A stretch of 64,000 bases of DNA from a virus. A model generated the notes under the pieces. It made no database searches. It was not told the DNA's origin and saw nothing but the letters and a program-made list of their open reading frames with translations. The position numbers and the translations under genes were made by a program. The stretch lies in IMG/VR virus record IMGVR_UViG_3300005563_000029, positions 69,835 to 133,834 of that record. The stretch is one strand, 5' to 3'. Positions 60,983 to 64,000 of this stretch are shown here, piece by piece (position 1 is the first letter of the stretch; each line of letters opens with the position of its first letter).

Positions 60983-61272
60983 GGCGACAGCACCGCCTGC
61001 TGGGCCTTGCGCAGCCGGGCTACGCCGTTGCGAATCTTGGCTTCGGTAAGACCGGCCGGCAGTGCAGCCCCGGCAGTTCCGACGCTACGGTTGTAGGCGA
61101 CGTCCTCGGGCGTGAACCGCATGTTCCGCGGGTTCGTGGGAGTGCCGCCGCGCCAGTGGCAGATGAACTTCTTCTTGGCGACGCGGTCTTTCACCTGACG
61201 CTCGGTCAACTCCATGAGTCTTCCGAGCTGCGCTGCGGTCAGGTCAGGTTCGTCGAACCGTGAGTCGGTCAT
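60979..61272 (-). CDS. excisionase-like winged-HTH protein
   Basis: LTAAQLGRLMELTERQVKDRV...MRFTPEDV; position next to the immunity region. Confidence 0.6.
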   Translation of the reverse strand: MTDSRFDEPDLTAAQLGRLMELTERQVKDRVAKKKFICHWRGGTPTNPRNMRFTPEDVAYNRSVGTAGAALPAGLTEAKIRNGVARLRKAQQAVLSP

Positions 61273-61571
61273 GCCGCTGCCGCCTCGGTCTCGTCGATGC
61301 ACAGCAGGGCGGCGATGGCTTCTTTGTTGCTGACGCCATGGCTGACCGCGTAGTAGCGCACGAGCGCGCCCATGGTCCACGGGTCTTGGGTGGGCTGCAT
61401 CGGCGAGAGCCGCTGCCTGTAGATGCCGGCGGCCTCTGCGATGCGGTTGGGGACAGGGTTGCCGTCGCTGTCGCGTAGATCGTCGCGCCCGGCGGCGATG
61501 AGATCGAGGACGTTGTCCTCCAGCCGGAGCGGTATCCCACGGCGACGTCCAGTCTTACTGACGTCCGTCAT
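61269..61571 (-). CDS. Cro-like regulator
   Basis: NRIAEAAGIYRQRLS; first gene divergent from the repressor. Confidence 0.6.
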   Translation of the reverse strand: MTDVSKTGRRRGIPLRLEDNVLDLIAAGRDDLRDSDGNPVPNRIAEAAGIYRQRLSPMQPTQDPWTMGALVRYYAVSHGVSNKEAIAALLCIDETEAAAA

Positions 61572-61765
61572 GCAGGACAGACTACACCTGGAGTCCTGAA
61601 GGCAGGACGGTTTCTTCGAAGATTTTTTGGGGCACGGATCGCAGAGTGCTTCAACTGCCCGCCCGTGGTCATGGCGGTTGCCCACAGTGGCGTTTATGTT
61701 GCTAGGCGTGGGCGGTGTTGTGGGGGAGCGCACGACGGTGCGCGTCGTTGTCCTATTCTTAGGAC
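61563..61765. promoter_or_regulatory. immunity-region operators, GTCCTR-N4-YAGGAC
   Basis: GTCCGT-CATG-CAGGAC (61563), GTCCTG-AAGG-CAGGAC (61593), GTCCTA-TTCT-TAGGAC (61750). Confidence 0.8.
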
Positions 61766-61824
61766 AGAGGGGCTAGGATTCCGTGCGACCGGCAGTGGCA
61801 ATCCCTTACCAAGGCAGGCGGACC

Positions 61825-62313
61825 GTGGCGCGCAACAACCCGGCAGCCGAAAGCTGGGGGGCATTCATGCGCTCCCACCTGGCATCTCAACGGCTGAACC
61901 AAGCCGAGTTCCGACGGCGCATGGCCGCGGCCGGCTACGACATCTCCAAACAGACCGCGTCCCAGTGGGCCAACGGCGAAAACGCCCCGGACGCGAACAT
62001 GGTGCTTGCTGCAGCGCAGGTGCTGAATGCTCGAGATACCGACGCCCTCCGCGCGGCCGGATTCGACCCGGTGGCGGAGCGGCTAGAACAGCAGGGCGCC
62101 GACGGTGCCGGTGCCGATCAGGGCAATCCCGTCGATCCTGTGGTCGAAGAGATCATGGGCATGAAGCACCTGTCTTTAAAGGTCCGACGGGCCCTCATTG
62201 ACGACTACCTGGACGACCGCGCGCAAAGTGAGCGACGGGCCCGCAACATGGCACAGAGGCTGTCCGAGCACGGTGGCAGCGAGGACGACGACGAGGCCGG
62301 GTCGGCGGCCTGA
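61825..62313 (+). CDS. immunity repressor (XRE HTH)
   Basis: LNQAEFRRRM...ISKQTASQWANGENAP; ALRAAG; lies between cro-like gene and int. Confidence 0.8.
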   Translation: MARNNPAAESWGAFMRSHLASQRLNQAEFRRRMAAAGYDISKQTASQWANGENAPDANMVLAAAQVLNARDTDALRAAGFDPVAERLEQQGADGAGADQGNPVDPVVEEIMGMKHLSLKVRRALIDDYLDDRAQSERRARNMAQRLSEHGGSEDDDEAGSAA

Positions 62314-62340
62314 ATATCGCGGGCACGGCGAGCGCGTTTG

Positions 62341-63711
62341 TTAGGCGGCCAGCACTGGTTCCCGGCCGCGAGTCATCAGTGCGTCTAGCGCCACAACCAT
62401 TTCGTCATCGATATCGTCCAGAAGATGGCCGTACCGGTCGATGGTGGTCTGGATCGACTCGTGACCGAGACGCCTCTGAATGGCAGCGATCGGCTGGTTG
62501 GCACGGATCAGCCACGCTACCTGCGTATGCCGCAGATCATGAATGCGCGGCACCTTCTCCAGCGTCCCAAAGCAGCCGCACGGCACGATGTGTTCGTTGG
62601 TCAGGTCCCGGAACCCGCGGCGCCCGATGTTGGCGTCCCAGTCCTGCTGCTGGTGCATGGCGCACCGCACCGCCTTGTACACCGCCGGACGCCACCGGCC
62701 GGTGAAGAACGTCTGGTGAACCCACCTGCCGCCGCCGGGGCCTGCAAAAACAAGATCCTTCCGTTTCCTGCCGGCGACCAGCGGCAGCAGTAGCTTCACC
62801 TGTGCCGGACTCAGGGACACGTTGCGCTGTGCCTTTGGTGTCTTCGGCGGACCCAACTCCCAGGTGCCGTCCTCCTGTTTCTTCCAGGCGCGCCACACGG
62901 TCAGGCGGGGGCGCCGACCGAGCAATTCCAGGTCCCGCACCTGGAGCGCAGTTGCCTCGGAGTAGCGCAGGCCGGTTCCAACCAGGATGGTCGCTAGCGG
63001 GATGGCGTCGGGCTTGATTACGCTGATGATGGCGTCGAACTCTTCGGGAGAGAGGAAAACCATCTCCTCGTCGCCTTCGGTCGGCAGCACCTTCGGCAGC
63101 TTGCTTCTACTGCACGGATTGGTTTCGCGTAGCGCCGGCTCGGCCTCAACCGCCTCCTGAAGGATGGACGACAGGACACCGTGCACGTTGTGGATGCTCT
63201 TGGGCTTCAGCGCGGTGCGCTCTTCGTCGGAACCAGGCGCTGGGCTTTCGGTCGCGAGGTGGTTGATCCAGCCGCCGATCTTGCGGGTGTTGAGTCCCTT
63301 GGTGTCGTTGATGAGGCAGTCGCCGAACCACGGTAGGACGTGCAGGGCGAGGATGCGGCGGTACCGGTGCCTGGTGCTGCCTTGGATACCTGACAGGTTC
63401 TTTACCCACTCGGCGGCGAAGTCGATGAACCTCGGGGTGCTGCTGGTGTCGACGGCGACGTCCTCGCCAAGCCAGCGGCGATATGTGTCCGGGTCGACCC
63501 ATCCGTACTTGGGGATGAAGTTCGGGGGCCAGTTCTCGCCTGCCCGCTCAACAGCATCCTTGAAGAGGGCAGCGTCGCCCGGGTCGCGGAACGTCTGCGC
63601 CTGGGGTGCGCCTTTGGCGGTGGCGCCGGTGCGCCACTTGACTTGGTAGGAGAAGGTGGGCTTCTTTTCGCCCTTGCGGGGCTTGCGTTCTCGGGTGACG
63701 ACGTAGGCCAT
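62341..63711 (-). CDS. int: tyrosine integrase
   Basis: TGLRYSE (R), PPKT (K), HDLRHT (HxxR), LGH, TTIDRYGHL (Y). Confidence 0.97.
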   Translation of the reverse strand: MAYVVTRERKPRKGEKKPTFSYQVKWRTGATAKGAPQAQTFRDPGDAALFKDAVERAGENWPPNFIPKYGWVDPDTYRRWLGEDVAVDTSSTPRFIDFAAEWVKNLSGIQGSTRHRYRRILALHVLPWFGDCLINDTKGLNTRKIGGWINHLATESPAPGSDEERTALKPKSIHNVHGVLSSILQEAVEAEPALRETNPCSRSKLPKVLPTEGDEEMVFLSPEEFDAIISVIKPDAIPLATILVGTGLRYSEATALQVRDLELLGRRPRLTVWRAWKKQEDGTWELGPPKTPKAQRNVSLSPAQVKLLLPLVAGRKRKDLVFAGPGGGRWVHQTFFTGRWRPAVYKAVRCAMHQQQDWDANIGRRGFRDLTNEHIVPCGCFGTLEKVPRIHDLRHTQVAWLIRANQPIAAIQRRLGHESIQTTIDRYGHLLDDIDDEMVVALDALMTRGREPVLAA

Positions 63712-63860
63712 ACGCCCACGGTAGGGCGACGGCTGATCGGTTGCGCGCGTTCTTGGAATCTTGCACACCTTGTGTGCACGGCGATGGAGAAGTGCGTCGA
63801 AGCGCGGAGAAGTACGTGGCTAGCATGGCCCCGTAACGGCCTGATCAGGGTGTAGGAATA

Positions 63861-63886
63861 GGGTTCAAGTCCCCCCTCGGACACCA
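63861..63886 (+). other. att common core = 3' end of a tRNA (Leu-like), probably attP
   Basis: GGGTTCAAGTCCCCCCTCGGACACCA with no tRNA 5' half upstream; 150 bp from the int start. Confidence 0.85.
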
Positions 63887-64000
63887 GGATCATGGCCTGA
63901 ACTGCATCTAAGGCCTCAAGCCCCTTCCGTGGCGGCGAAAGTGTGCACGGTTGTGCGCACGTCGCCGCCGAACGATCATCACAGCAGCCGTCTAGACGGC

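Larger units (their letters stand above)
1..64000. mobile_element. Temperate actinophage genome segment (integration, immunity, replication and accessory arm)
   Basis: Integrase, att core, repressor, Rep, RusA-like, WhiB and methyltransferase genes, plus dense small ORFs with overlapping stop/start codons. No host housekeeping or virion genes seen. Confidence 0.95.

Noticed and set aside
63861-63886. Complete tRNA-Leu gene
   Set aside because: Only the T arm and 3' acceptor strand are present; the upstream sequence cannot form D or anticodon arms.
1-64000. Diversity-generating retroelement, retron or recoded genetic code
   Set aside because: No reverse transcriptase motif, no template/variable repeat pair, and only one isolated in-frame stop was noticed.

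Overview
High-GC actinobacterial temperate phage DNA, covering the non-structural arm. I see no capsid, tail, terminase or lysis genes and no host housekeeping genes. From right to left the window holds: a tRNA-3'-end att core with repeats on both sides (most likely attP); a tyrosine integrase; a repressor and Cro/excisionase-like genes; a recombination module (PD-(D/E)xK nuclease with a class-3 intein, Gp3-like protein, DnaQ-like exonuclease); four DNA methyltransferases with an SNF2-like helicase; RusA-like, ParB-like, HNH, Rep and degenerate DnaB genes; WhiB, LuxR and XRE regulators; about 60 small hypothetical genes; and a Ku + ImuA'-like cassette next to an SOS-like box. The most striking signal is non-coding. 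Directly behind a 244-aa helical protein gene (11330-12064, minus strand) lies a roughly 400-nt RNA-like region. It holds two tandem circularly permuted tRNA mimics (T arm, acceptor stem closed by a loop, D arm, no anticodon loop) and a hexamer repeat tract, and no Ro60 gene is present in the window. Two further tRNA-like elements with abnormal anticodon arms (6325-6443, 25082-25167) and a GGQ-less release-factor domain protein (7865-8365) also occur. All family assignments are from motif recognition by eye; no searches were run.
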